Shown here: in pieces, positions 1 through 8,727 of the stretch | How the letters are laid out: the number at the start of each line of letters is the position of its first letter | Position numbering within the stretch: position 1 is the stretch's first letter | Assembly (NCBI GenBank): GCA_963832165.1 | Contig: CAWHTE010000001.1 | Span: 800,001-864,000, forward strand | Length of the DNA stretch: 64,000 bases | Reading direction: 5' to 3' | DNA from: an uncultured delta proteobacterium | Lineage (GTDB): Bacteria > Myxococcota_A > UBA9160 > SMWR01 | Notes under the pieces: generated by a model | What the model was told of the DNA's origin: nothing | What the model saw: the letters and a program-made list of their open reading frames with translations, nothing else | The model's database searches: none | Position numbers and translations under genes: made by a program

Positions 1-477
1 GCCTATCCGCGCAACTACGTGCAGGTGGGGGTCGAGCGCGGGGATCCCGAGCAGTTCGACGCCGCGTTGCGCGCGGGGCGCAGCTTCGGCACCACCGGGC
101 CGCGCGTGCGGATGCTGCGGGTGAACGGCGGATCGCTCGGAGACCTGGTCCCGGCCGAGCGCGGCCGGGTGCGGGTCGAGTACGAGGTCGACGGCGCGGG
201 CTGGGTACCGATCGACGAGGTGCGGATCCTCGTGAACGGCGTGGTCGCGCACGCGGGTCCCGAGCGCGTGGGAATCGCCGATCTCGCGTTCAAGCGCGAC
301 GGCTTCGTGACGCTCGAGGTCGGAGCACCGCTCGACGCCGATCCCGCCGAATGGATGCGCGCGCACCCGGGGCTCTACACCGAGGTGATCGCGCCCGGCT
401 TCGTCTCCGCCGCGTTCACCAATCCCGTGTTCGTCGACGTGGACGGGAATGGCCGCTTCGATCCGCCGGGGCTGTAG
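1..477 (+). CDS. C-terminal part of a CehA/McbA-family (PHP-like) metallohydrolase, 5' truncated by the window edge
   Basis: Open from base 1 (AYPRNYV...). C-terminal AFTNPVFVDVDGNGRFDPPG is typical of this family's C-terminus. Confidence 0.6.
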   Translation, partial: AYPRNYVQVGVERGDPEQFDAALRAGRSFGTTGPRVRMLRVNGGSLGDLVPAERGRVRVEYEVDGAGWVPIDEVRILVNGVVAHAGPERVGIADLAFKRDGFVTLEVGAPLDADPAEWMRAHPGLYTEVIAPGFVSAAFTNPVFVDVDGNGRFDPPGL

Positions 478-478
478 C

Positions 479-513
479 GGCGGGATCCGCTCGCTTCGCT
501 CGCTGCTCCCGCC
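479..513. repeat. Intergenic hairpin with CGCTCGCTTCGCTCGC core between convergent genes (REP-like or terminator)
   Basis: Arms ggcggga...tcccgcc enclose cgctcgcttcgctcgc. The reverse complement gcagcgagcgaagcgagcg resembles the repeat family at 41258 and 55025. Confidence 0.45.
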
Positions 514-516
514 CTA

Positions 517-1323
517 CTACTTCCCCTCGAACTCGGGCGACTGTTTGGTGGCCATCGCCTTGTAGCCCAGCGCCATGTCGTCGGAGGTGAACAGCGGGGC
601 GGCACTCGCGGCCTCGAAGCGCAGCGCTTCGGCGAGGCCCTGGTGCGCGCGATAGTTGATCGTGCGTTTGATCGCCTGCACCGCGAGCGGCGCATTGGCG
701 GCGATCTCGAGGCCGAGCGCGCGCACGTGGTCCTGCAGTGCGTCGCGCGGCACCACCTCCTGGACGATGCCGAGCCGCAGTGCGGTCTCGGCGTCGATCC
801 GGCGCCCCGTGAACGCGAGCAGCCGCGTCGCGCCCGCGCCGATCTCGGTGATCAAGCGCAGGTCGCCACCCGCGTCGATCGAGACGCCGACCTTGGGCTC
901 GGGCAGCGCGAAGCGCGCGTCGTCCGCGGCGATCCGGATGTCCCCCATCATCGCCACCTCGAGCCCGGCGCCGAGGCAGTAGCCTTGGATCGCCACGATC
1001 ACGGGCTGCGGCAGCTCGGCGAGCAGGTGGAAGCGCTCGTGCACCCAGCGGAAGCGCTCGAAGTAGTTGCGCGTCTTCTCGGCGGGCGAGCGGCCCGTGA
1101 TGCGGTCCTCGGGCATGCCGAGGTCGACGCCCGCACAGAACGCGCGGCCTTCGGCGCGCACGATCACGGCGCGGATGTCGTCGTCGAAACGCAGGCGCTC
1201 CGCGTGCGCGGTGATCTGGCGCGCCGACTCCCAGCTCCACGCGTTGAGCTTGTCGGGGTGATTCAACACGATCCACGCGAGCGGAGGCTCGCGGACGAGG
1301 TCGATCAGGGGTCGGTCGCTCAT
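517..1323 (-). CDS. Enoyl-CoA hydratase/isomerase (crotonase) family protein
   Basis: LNHPDKLNA, AFCAGVDL, GYCLGAGLE and FALPE motifs. Start taken at MSDRPL (ATG 1323). Confidence 0.9.
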   Translation of the reverse strand: MSDRPLIDLVREPPLAWIVLNHPDKLNAWSWESARQITAHAERLRFDDDIRAVIVRAEGRAFCAGVDLGMPEDRITGRSPAEKTRNYFERFRWVHERFHLLAELPQPVIVAIQGYCLGAGLEVAMMGDIRIAADDARFALPEPKVGVSIDAGGDLRLITEIGAGATRLLAFTGRRIDAETALRLGIVQEVVPRDALQDHVRALGLEIAANAPLAVQAIKRTINYRAHQGLAEALRFEAASAAPLFTSDDMALGYKAMATKQSPEFEGK

Positions 1324-1443
1324 TGGGCCCCATGCTAGCTCGCGCAGGGGCTTGCCTTTCGCCCGCATTCGCGTGCCGATCTTTCGCCTTGCGTGGCCGG
1401 AGGGGGGCCCATAGGATGGGAGCTCCATTTTCCAGGAGCCGAC

Positions 1444-1755
1444 ATGCGCGTCGTGGGAACCGTGGTCGAGGAAGAATCGGGCAAGCCGCTCGCAGGCCTC
1501 ATCGTGCGCGCGTACGACAAGGATCTCATCTTCGACGATGACCTCGGTTCGGTTCCGACGAACGCGAATGGCGAGTTCGAGATCTCCTACACCGAGACCC
1601 AGTTCCGCGATTTCAACGAGACCCAGCCCGATCTCTACGTGAAGGTCTTCGACGCGAGCGGGAAGACGGTCCTGCACAGCACCAAGAAGCAGCTGCGCCA
1701 GGCCCAGATCCTGGAGCGCTACGAGATCCGGATCCCGCGCGCCAAGCTCGCCTAG
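1444..1755 (+). CDS. Small transthyretin-like / carboxypeptidase-regulatory-like beta-sandwich protein
   Basis: RBS ccaggag before ATG 1444. Pattern GKPLAGLIVRAYDKDLIFDDDLG..TNANGEFEI...PDLYVKV. Confidence 0.6.
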   Translation: MRVVGTVVEEESGKPLAGLIVRAYDKDLIFDDDLGSVPTNANGEFEISYTETQFRDFNETQPDLYVKVFDASGKTVLHSTKKQLRQAQILERYEIRIPRAKLA

Positions 1756-1768
1756 GCCCTCGAATCGC

Positions 1769-2638
1769 CTAGCCCTCGAACGGGCCCTTGCCGAGCTGCT
1801 CCCGGATCGGCACGAACTCGGGCATGAGCATCGCGCGGCGCTGCCAGTTCGCGCCGTCTACCACGAGCGTGTGGCCGCTGATGTAGGCGGCATAACGCGA
1901 GGCGAGGAAGGTGGCTGCGAAGCCGAGTTCGTGCGGGTAGCCCACGCGCCCCGCCGGTGAACGCGCGCCATCGTTCTTGCGGCGTTCGGGGACCGATCGG
2001 ATCGCCTGGGTCTCGTCGTCGTGAGGGAACAGGCCCGGCACGATCCCGTTCACGCGAATGCCGTAGGGTCCCCACTCGACCGCGAGCGTCTCGGTCAGAT
2101 TCTTCACGCCGGCCTTGGCGGCCGCTGAGTGCGCGAACCCGGGCCCGCCGGTCCACGCATACGAGGCGCCCACGTTGATGATCGAGCCCGGCGTGCCCGC
2201 GGCGATGTGCCGCCGCCCGAATTCGCGCGAGCAGAGGAACGTGCCCGAGAGCACGATTTCCACGACCGCGCGCCACGCGTTCGGGCTCATGTCCTCGGCC
2301 GGCACCGGAAAGTTTCCCGCGGCGTTGTTGAGCAGCACGTCGGGCAGGCCGAGCACCTCCGTGATGCGATCGAACGCCGCGGTGACCGATTCCGGCTTGC
2401 GCACGTCCGTGCCGACCGCGAGCGCGCGCGCGCCGGTCGCTTCGATCGCGGCGACGCCCGCGGCGAGGTGCTCTTCGCTGCGCGATGCGATCGCGACCGC
2501 GGCGCCGAGCCGCGCGAACTCGACCGCCATCGCCTTGCCGAGCCCGGTGCCGCCGCCCGTCACCATCACGACCTGGCCGTCATAGCTGCCGTCGGGCAAC
2601 GCCTTCGCGCCGAGCGGCGGGGGTTCCGGAAGACCCAT
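1769..2638 (-). CDS. SDR oxidoreductase, 2,4-dienoyl-CoA reductase-like
   Basis: TGGGTGLG, NNAAGNF and HSAAAKAG motifs. RBS ggagga before MGLPEP. Confidence 0.85.
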   Translation of the reverse strand: MGLPEPPPLGAKALPDGSYDGQVVMVTGGGTGLGKAMAVEFARLGAAVAIASRSEEHLAAGVAAIEATGARALAVGTDVRKPESVTAAFDRITEVLGLPDVLLNNAAGNFPVPAEDMSPNAWRAVVEIVLSGTFLCSREFGRRHIAAGTPGSIINVGASYAWTGGPGFAHSAAAKAGVKNLTETLAVEWGPYGIRVNGIVPGLFPHDDETQAIRSVPERRKNDGARSPAGRVGYPHELGFAATFLASRYAAYISGHTLVVDGANWQRRAMLMPEFVPIREQLGKGPFEG

Positions 2639-2705
2639 GTCTGTTCCTCCCGAACGCGGTGTAGCGCAAGTCCGCGTGGTAGCGTTGCGCGCCACGGAGG
2701 CGATC

Positions 2706-3515
2706 GTGGAACCGGGATCCCGCGAGCTCGGCACGGATCAGGTGTTGTGCCGCGTCGAGGAGCGCGTCGCCGTGGTGACGCTGAACCGCCCCGAGGCGCG
2801 CAACGCGTTGACGCACGAGATCAAGGAGGCGCTGCGCGCGTTGATCCCCGCGCTCGGCGACGATCCCGACGTGGGCTGCGTGCTGCTCACGGGTGCCGGC
2901 GGCGCGTTCTGCGCGGGCGGCGACACGAAAGTGATGGCCGAAGGACCGCCGCCCGAGCGCGAGCCGCGCGTGCGGATGCTGCGCCGCGAGCACGAGGTTC
3001 CCGCGGCGATCCATCGGCTCGCAAAGCCCGTGATCGCGGCCCTGCCGGGACCCGCCGCGGGCGCGGGGCTCGCACTCGCGCTCTCGTGCGACCTGCGCAT
3101 CTTCGCCGAGAGCGCGTTCGTGACCACCGCCTACGCGCGGCTCGGGCTCTCGGGCGACTATGGCGCGAGCTGGTTCCTCACGCGGCTGGTCGGTCCCGCG
3201 CTCGCGCGCGAGTTCATGTTCACGGGCAAGCGACTCGATGCGCGCGAATGCGCGCGCCTCGGCCTCGCCAACCGCGTGGTGCCGGACGATGCGATCGAGC
3301 GCGAGTCGTTCGCGTGGGCGCGCGAGATCGCGGCGGGACCGCCGATCGCGCTGCGCTACATGAAGGAGAATCTGAACCGCGCGCTGATCGCCGATCTCCA
3401 GTCGTGTCTCGACACGGAGGCCGAGCGGATGGTCGCGGGTGCGTTCACCGAAGACTACGTCGAGGCGGTGAAGGCGTTCACCGAGAAGCGGCCTCCGAAG
3501 TTTCGCGGCCGCTAG
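2706..3515 (+). CDS. Enoyl-CoA hydratase/isomerase family protein
   Basis: LNRPEARNAL, AFCAGGD, GPAAGAG and C-terminal FTEKRPPKFRGR. GTG start after ggagg. Confidence 0.9.
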   Translation: MEPGSRELGTDQVLCRVEERVAVVTLNRPEARNALTHEIKEALRALIPALGDDPDVGCVLLTGAGGAFCAGGDTKVMAEGPPPEREPRVRMLRREHEVPAAIHRLAKPVIAALPGPAAGAGLALALSCDLRIFAESAFVTTAYARLGLSGDYGASWFLTRLVGPALAREFMFTGKRLDARECARLGLANRVVPDDAIERESFAWAREIAAGPPIALRYMKENLNRALIADLQSCLDTEAERMVAGAFTEDYVEAVKAFTEKRPPKFRGR

Positions 3516-3979
3516 CCCGCTTTCGAGCGCTCCTCGGCGCCGCGCTTCGCATACGCCTCGAGGTGGTCCGACAGATCGCCCGCGAACGCGACGAAGCCGT
3601 GTAGCGCCGCGGGATCGAAGCCCTCCCAGACCGCGGTGATCGCGCGCTCGCGCCCGCGGCGCAAGCGCTCGAGCACGCGGCGTCCGTCGGCGGTGAGCCG
3701 GTAGCGGCGCTGGCGCGCATCGCCGGTCGCGATCTGGGTGGTGATCCAGCCGCGGTCGAGCAGGCTGCGCAGCCCGCGCGAGATCGCCGCGGGCGAGCAG
3801 TCGCGGCTCCGCGCGAACATCGAGGGCATGAACGCTTCGTCGCCGATCTCCTCGAGCAGGCGCCACTGCGATTCGGTCACGCCCGCGCCGGCCGCGAGCT
3901 GCTGGCGGCGCACCGTGAAGAGCTCGCACAGACGCTGCAGTGCGGCGATCGCCTGATGGATCTCGGGTCGCTCTTGCAT
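3512..3979 (-). CDS. MarR family transcriptional regulator
   Basis: Winged-helix pattern SPAAISRGLRSLLDRGWI...DARQRRYRLTADG, 155 aa. Confidence 0.85.
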   Translation of the reverse strand: MQERPEIHQAIAALQRLCELFTVRRQQLAAGAGVTESQWRLLEEIGDEAFMPSMFARSRDCSPAAISRGLRSLLDRGWITTQIATGDARQRRYRLTADGRRVLERLRRGRERAITAVWEGFDPAALHGFVAFAGDLSDHLEAYAKRGAEERSKAG

Positions 3980-3980
3980 G

Positions 3981-4002
3981 ATATTTAACTTAGGTTAAAT
4001 AT
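3981..4002. promoter_or_regulatory. AT-rich palindrome, probable MarR operator in a divergent promoter
   Basis: ATATTTAAC-ttag-GTTAAATAT, a perfect 9-bp inverted repeat abutting the marR start codon. Confidence 0.7.
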
Positions 4003-4045
4003 ATACCGAACGCAAGCATCGCCCGCGCGGCGGAGGGGAGACGCG

Positions 4046-4810
4046 ATGGACCAGACCCAGGCGATCCAGGAGCGCTTCGGCGCGGCGGCCGCGGCCTACG
4101 CGGTCAGTGCGGTCCACCTCGGTGGCCCCGACCTCGATGCGATGCTCGCTGCGGGCGTCGCGACCGGACGCGAGCGCGTGCTCGACCTCGGCTGCGGGCC
4201 CGGCCACACCGCGCTCGCGTTCGCGGCTCGCGTGGCGTCGGTGGTGGCCCTCGACCTCACGCCCGCCATGCTCGATCAAGCGCGGCGCCTCGCCCGCGAG
4301 CGCGGACTCGCGAACGTGCGCTTCGAGCTCGGCAACGCGGCGCGCCTTCCGTTCCCGGACGCCAGCTTCGAGGTCGTCACGTCGCGTCTCTCGGCCCACC
4401 ACGTGGCCGAGCCCGCCGCGATGGTGAACGAGGTCGCGCGCGTGCTCGCGCCGGGCGGCGTGTTCCTGCTGAGCGACACGATCGCGCCCGAGGATCCCGC
4501 GCGCGACACGTTCATCAACGCGTTCGAGCTGCTGCGCGATCCGTCCCACGTCCGCGATCATCGGATCTCGGAGTGGCAGGCGATGTTTCGCGCAGCCGGG
4601 CTCGAGCCGAGCTGCCTCGGGCGCTTCGACATCCACCAGGAGTTCGAGCCGTGGGTGGCGCGGATCGGGACGTCACGCGACTCGGTGATCGGGCTGCGCG
4701 CGCTGTGCGACGCCGCGCCCGACGAGGTGCGCGGATACTTCGGCATCCGCGCCCACGGCGACTACGCGTTCCGGCTCGACTCGGCGGTGTTGCGCGGCGT
4801 GCGCGGGTAG
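4046..4810 (+). CDS. Class I SAM-dependent methyltransferase (YafE/UbiE-like)
   Basis: VLDLGCGPG, LPFPDASFEVV and RDPSHVR motifs. Confidence 0.85.
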   Translation: MDQTQAIQERFGAAAAAYAVSAVHLGGPDLDAMLAAGVATGRERVLDLGCGPGHTALAFAARVASVVALDLTPAMLDQARRLARERGLANVRFELGNAARLPFPDASFEVVTSRLSAHHVAEPAAMVNEVARVLAPGGVFLLSDTIAPEDPARDTFINAFELLRDPSHVRDHRISEWQAMFRAAGLEPSCLGRFDIHQEFEPWVARIGTSRDSVIGLRALCDAAPDEVRGYFGIRAHGDYAFRLDSAVLRGVRG

Positions 4811-4817
4811 CGGCCGC

Positions 4818-5603
4818 CTACGCGGAGCGCTTCGAGCGCACGACGTAGTTGCCGCGGCTCTCGTCGTACTCGAGCTCGATCATGCCCAGCTTCTCGCCCA
4901 TCTCGAGGATCTCCGCGAACGAGCTCGCGCCGTAGTAGCCCTCGTTGAAGCCCGGATAGAGCCGCCGGATCGTCTGCTTGAGCATCGAGCCCCAGATGGT
5001 GTCGTAGTCGCGCTCGAGCGAGCGCACCGCCTCGAGCAGCTTCTCGCCGAGGTCCTCTTCCTTGCCCTCCGGGTCGGACTTCTTCCGAACCGGCACGGGC
5101 TTCTGCTTCTTCTGCTCGACCTCGCGGATCAGGTCGTCGTAGTAGATGAACTCGTCACAGCTGCCGATCAGGAGATCCGAGGTGGAGCTCTTGACCCCGC
5201 ACCCGACCACCCACTTCTGGTTCTCTTTGAGCTTCGCGGCCAGCGGCGAGAAGTCGCTGTCGCCGGAGATCAGCGCGAACGCGTCGATGTGGTTCTTCTG
5301 GTTACAGAGGTCGAGCGCGTCGACCACCATGTGGATGTCGGCGCTGTTCTTGCCGCTGGCCTTCGACTGCGGGATGTCGACGAGCTGGACGCCCTGCGTA
5401 TGGAACTCGCGCACCGCGTCGCGGTAGTTGCCCCAGTCGCAGTACGCGCGCTTGTAGACGATGCGCCCCTTCTCGAGCAGACGGCGCAGCACGAGGTCGA
5501 TCTGGAACGACCCCTTGCGCATGCGGCGAACACCGATCGCGAGGTTCTCGTAGTCGACGAAGACGGCAATCAGCGGCTCGTCGGCGAGCCGTTCAGTGGT
5601 CAC
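4818..5603 (-). CDS. NYN (LabA/DUF88) domain protein with C-terminal OST-HTH/LOTUS domain
   Basis: VFVDYEN, KNSADI and SGDSDFSPL motifs. C-terminal PGFNEGYYGASSF. Confidence 0.85.
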   Translation of the reverse strand: MTTERLADEPLIAVFVDYENLAIGVRRMRKGSFQIDLVLRRLLEKGRIVYKRAYCDWGNYRDAVREFHTQGVQLVDIPQSKASGKNSADIHMVVDALDLCNQKNHIDAFALISGDSDFSPLAAKLKENQKWVVGCGVKSSTSDLLIGSCDEFIYYDDLIREVEQKKQKPVPVRKKSDPEGKEEDLGEKLLEAVRSLERDYDTIWGSMLKQTIRRLYPGFNEGYYGASSFAEILEMGEKLGMIELEYDESRGNYVVRSKRSA

Positions 5604-5784
5604 GATTGTCTTCGCGCTCGCGGTCGACCAGTCCGTAGCCCGCGAGGTCGTCGTAGGTGGCCACGGACCGCTCGGCGGACACTCCTTCGCGCGTAGCGCG
5701 CTTCTCGCGCTTCGCGGCGGCCTTCTCCGCCTTCTTCAGCTCTCGCTGCCGCTTCAGGACCGCGGTCTTGCTCTTTCTCGCCAT
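5593..5784 (-). CDS. Small basic hypothetical protein (63 aa)
   Basis: RBS ggag before ATG. Lys/Arg-rich helical N-terminus. Overlaps the start of the NYN gene. Confidence 0.6.
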   Translation of the reverse strand: MARKSKTAVLKRQRELKKAEKAAAKREKRATREGVSAERSVATYDDLAGYGLVDREREDNRDH

Positions 5785-5862
5785 GGGCGATCTCCGCTGG
5801 AGGAAGGGAATCGGGCGGGGACCCTATCCTAACCCGGGCGGGACGCCCACACACCCGCCCGA

Positions 5863-6855
5863 TCAAGGATCGGTCGGGTCCCGCAGCAGCGGCCCCGGAA
5901 TCGCCTCGCCTTCGCGCTGGGCGTGGCGGACGGCGCCGATCAGCCGCAGCGCCTGCGAGAGGAACATCACGCCGAGCAGGACGTTGATCACGAGGAAGAT
6001 CGCATTGACCGAGAAGGCGTAGGCGATCAGCGCATCCCGGTCTCCGAACTCGCCGAACAGCGCGGCCCAGGTCAGCTCGCGGGTGCCGAAGTTGCCCAGC
6101 GTGGGAATCACGAATGCCAGGTAGACGAGCGGGAGCCGCGCAGCGAGCGCGCTCCAGTCGAGCGGCACGCCGAACGCGCGCGAAGCGAGCCACTGGATGT
6201 GGATGTCGAAGATCGCGAGCGCGGCGAATCCGACGAGAAACGGCGCGATCTGCCGCGGCGGAAAACGCCCGAGCCAGTCCGCGATCACCTTGATCCGCCG
6301 CGAGCGCAGTCGTCCGGATCGCACCAGCGCGACGCTCAACGCGCCGGCTGCGAGCAGCGCCCACATGATGCCCGCCGTGATGGCGACGCTGGCCAGCACG
6401 CCGTCGCCTCCACTCGAACGCTGCAGCGGCAGCGCGATCGTCATCTGGACGAGCATCACGAAGAAGTGGCAGATGCCCGGGATCAACGCCGAAGCGATCA
6501 CGGCGTCGATGCGCCCTCCGCAGAGCTGGAGCAGCCCGACCGCGTAGGCCGCGTCCGCAAGCGGGTTGCTCACGGCGCGCGCGAGCTCCGATCCGCCGCG
6601 AATCGCGATGACGGACCTGATCGGCACGTTCGCGACGAATCGGCGCAGCGCAGTGGCCGAGAGCCAGGCCCACGCAGCGAAGAACGCGAGCCGATCCGCC
6701 GTCGCGAACAGCAGGAATCGCGGCACGTCCGCGCCTTCGAGCGCCGCGATCAGCCGCGCCCACTCGGTGGCATAGCCGAACACGTAGAAGAGCAGTGCCG
6801 CCGAGATCACCCACGGCAGCACGCTGCGCCATCGCTTCTCGATGCCCGTCACCAT
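5863..6855 (-). CDS. Flippase-like / lysylphosphatidylglycerol synthase TM-domain membrane protein
   Basis: Multiple TM segments. IPTLGNFGTRE resembles the P-G-G-RE motif of the LPG_synthase_TM family. Confidence 0.6.
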   Translation of the reverse strand: MVTGIEKRWRSVLPWVISAALLFYVFGYATEWARLIAALEGADVPRFLLFATADRLAFFAAWAWLSATALRRFVANVPIRSVIAIRGGSELARAVSNPLADAAYAVGLLQLCGGRIDAVIASALIPGICHFFVMLVQMTIALPLQRSSGGDGVLASVAITAGIMWALLAAGALSVALVRSGRLRSRRIKVIADWLGRFPPRQIAPFLVGFAALAIFDIHIQWLASRAFGVPLDWSALAARLPLVYLAFVIPTLGNFGTRELTWAALFGEFGDRDALIAYAFSVNAIFLVINVLLGVMFLSQALRLIGAVRHAQREGEAIPGPLLRDPTDP

Positions 6856-6893
6856 CGCGTTGTCTTCACCGTGAGGACGGGCTCGCCGTGGGC

Positions 6894-8615
6894 TCAATCA
6901 ACGTGGGCGAGATCGACCGGATCGGACTCGAGGTCCGGTGTGATGTAGCGGGGAAGTGCCTGGTACAGGCTCATCAGCGTGCGCGCATCCACCGCGCCGT
7001 CGGCGCGAAGACCCCGGTCCTTCTGGAATAGCAATACGGCGCTGCGCGTCGCCTCGTCGAACTGCCCCTGGATCTCCCCAGTGTAGAAGCCGATCTCGGC
7101 CAGCGCACTTTGCAGCCAGCTCACCGCCTCGCCCTTCGCGCCGTATCCGAGCACGTCGGGGAGCTGCTCGTAGTCGCGCCACAGCGCGTATACCTCGCCG
7201 TCGAGGTGGCGCAGCAGGTCGCTCTGCGTGACCCGCAGCGCCATGCCCGGCACGATGCCTTCGAGCTCTGCGTAATCTCCCTCGAGCGAGCGCAACAGCG
7301 CGACGTGCTCCGTGCCCGAGGCGTCGCGCAGCGAGACGAGTGCGGGCGCCCCCGCGCTGCGCAGCGCCGCGAGCTCGGGCAGGATCGGCATCATCTCGAG
7401 GTGCTCCCTCGACAGGCGCGCGCGCAGCTCCTCGAACTCGAGCTTCTGCGTGCCCGCCGTGGGTCTGCCCCAGGTCGCGAGCGTCGCATCGAGCGTCGCG
7501 GCGCGGCCCTGCGCGGGACTCATGAGGGCCAGCTGCGCCCCGAGAGCTCCGTCGACCACGGGCGGGCCCGGCGGGCGAGCCGAGACCGGACCGGGCGCCG
7601 TCTCCGGCTCGGTGGCCGAGTCCGGAGTCGTCTCCGCCTGTGCTTCCGGCTGCGCCGAGACCGGCGGTGTCGCGGAGAGCGCGGTGCGCTCCGGGGGGCG
7701 CGCATTCTGGAACCCGCGCGTTCCGACGAGTGCGAACAGGCCCACAGCGAGCAGCACGCCCGCTGCCCCGAGCCCGAGTGCGACGCGCTCCCAGCGCAGC
7801 GAGAGCTTCGGCCGCGCGGGCCGCAGCTCTGCCGCCGCGCGCGCCACGAGCTCTCGGCCGATCTGGGCCTTCTGATCCGCATAGCCCGCGAGCAGTGCGC
7901 GATCGCAGAGCAGATTGATCAGCCGCGGCACGCCGCCGCTGCGGTGGTGGATCGCGCGCAGCGCCCGGTCGGTGAAGATCGGCCGCTCTGCACCGGCCAC
8001 GCGCAGCCGGTGGCGCACGTACTCGATCGTCTCCCCCTCGTCCATCGGACCGAGGTGGGTCCGCACGCTGATCCGCTGCCGCAGCTGGCGCAGGTCCTCG
8101 GCCGCGAGCTTCTGATCGAGCTCCGGCTGACCCAGCAGGACGATCTGGAGCAGCTTCGACGTCTCCGTCTCGAGATTCGAAAGCAGTCGCAGCTGCTCGA
8201 GCGTCTCGGTCGACAGGTTCTGCGCCTCGTCGATGATCAGCAGCACGCGTCGCCCCTCGCTGCGCATTTCGACGAGGAAGTTGTTGAGCACGTCGGTGAG
8301 CTCGGGGCGCGAGTCGCCGAACGTCGAGAGTCCGAATTCGCCGTTGATGGCCTTGAGCAGCTCGAGCGGCGTGAGCGTCGGGTTGAACAGGAACGCCACC
8401 TCGGTCTCGCTGCCGAGCCGGCGCAGCAGCGTGCGGCACAGCGTGGTCTTGCCCGTGCCCACCTCGCCCGTGATCGCCATGAACCCCTCGCCCTGCTCGA
8501 TCCCATAGACGAGGTGTCCCAGCACCTCGCGGTGCGAGACCGAGAGATAGAGGAATCGGGGGTCGGGGCTGAGCGCGAAGGGCTTCTCGTGGAAGCCGTA
8601 GTAGGGCGTATACAT
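6894..8615 (-). CDS. exeA: ExeA/GspA-family AAA ATPase with TM segment and C-terminal peptidoglycan-binding domain
   Basis: MYTPYYGFHEKPFALSPDPRF start, Walker A GEVGTGKT, IIDEAQNL, GGVPRLIN, and PG-binding LQSAL...FQKDRGLRADG. Confidence 0.85.
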   Translation of the reverse strand: MYTPYYGFHEKPFALSPDPRFLYLSVSHREVLGHLVYGIEQGEGFMAITGEVGTGKTTLCRTLLRRLGSETEVAFLFNPTLTPLELLKAINGEFGLSTFGDSRPELTDVLNNFLVEMRSEGRRVLLIIDEAQNLSTETLEQLRLLSNLETETSKLLQIVLLGQPELDQKLAAEDLRQLRQRISVRTHLGPMDEGETIEYVRHRLRVAGAERPIFTDRALRAIHHRSGGVPRLINLLCDRALLAGYADQKAQIGRELVARAAAELRPARPKLSLRWERVALGLGAAGVLLAVGLFALVGTRGFQNARPPERTALSATPPVSAQPEAQAETTPDSATEPETAPGPVSARPPGPPVVDGALGAQLALMSPAQGRAATLDATLATWGRPTAGTQKLEFEELRARLSREHLEMMPILPELAALRSAGAPALVSLRDASGTEHVALLRSLEGDYAELEGIVPGMALRVTQSDLLRHLDGEVYALWRDYEQLPDVLGYGAKGEAVSWLQSALAEIGFYTGEIQGQFDEATRSAVLLFQKDRGLRADGAVDARTLMSLYQALPRYITPDLESDPVDLAHVD

Positions 8616-8727
8616 CCGACGACTCGCGCGGAGATCGGTGATTGACCCCGACTCTAGCAACCCGCGCACGCGCAACGGAGCAATCGCTCCTGCGCACGGC
8701 CCGCGGCCCCGCGGGAGCCGCGTCGGC

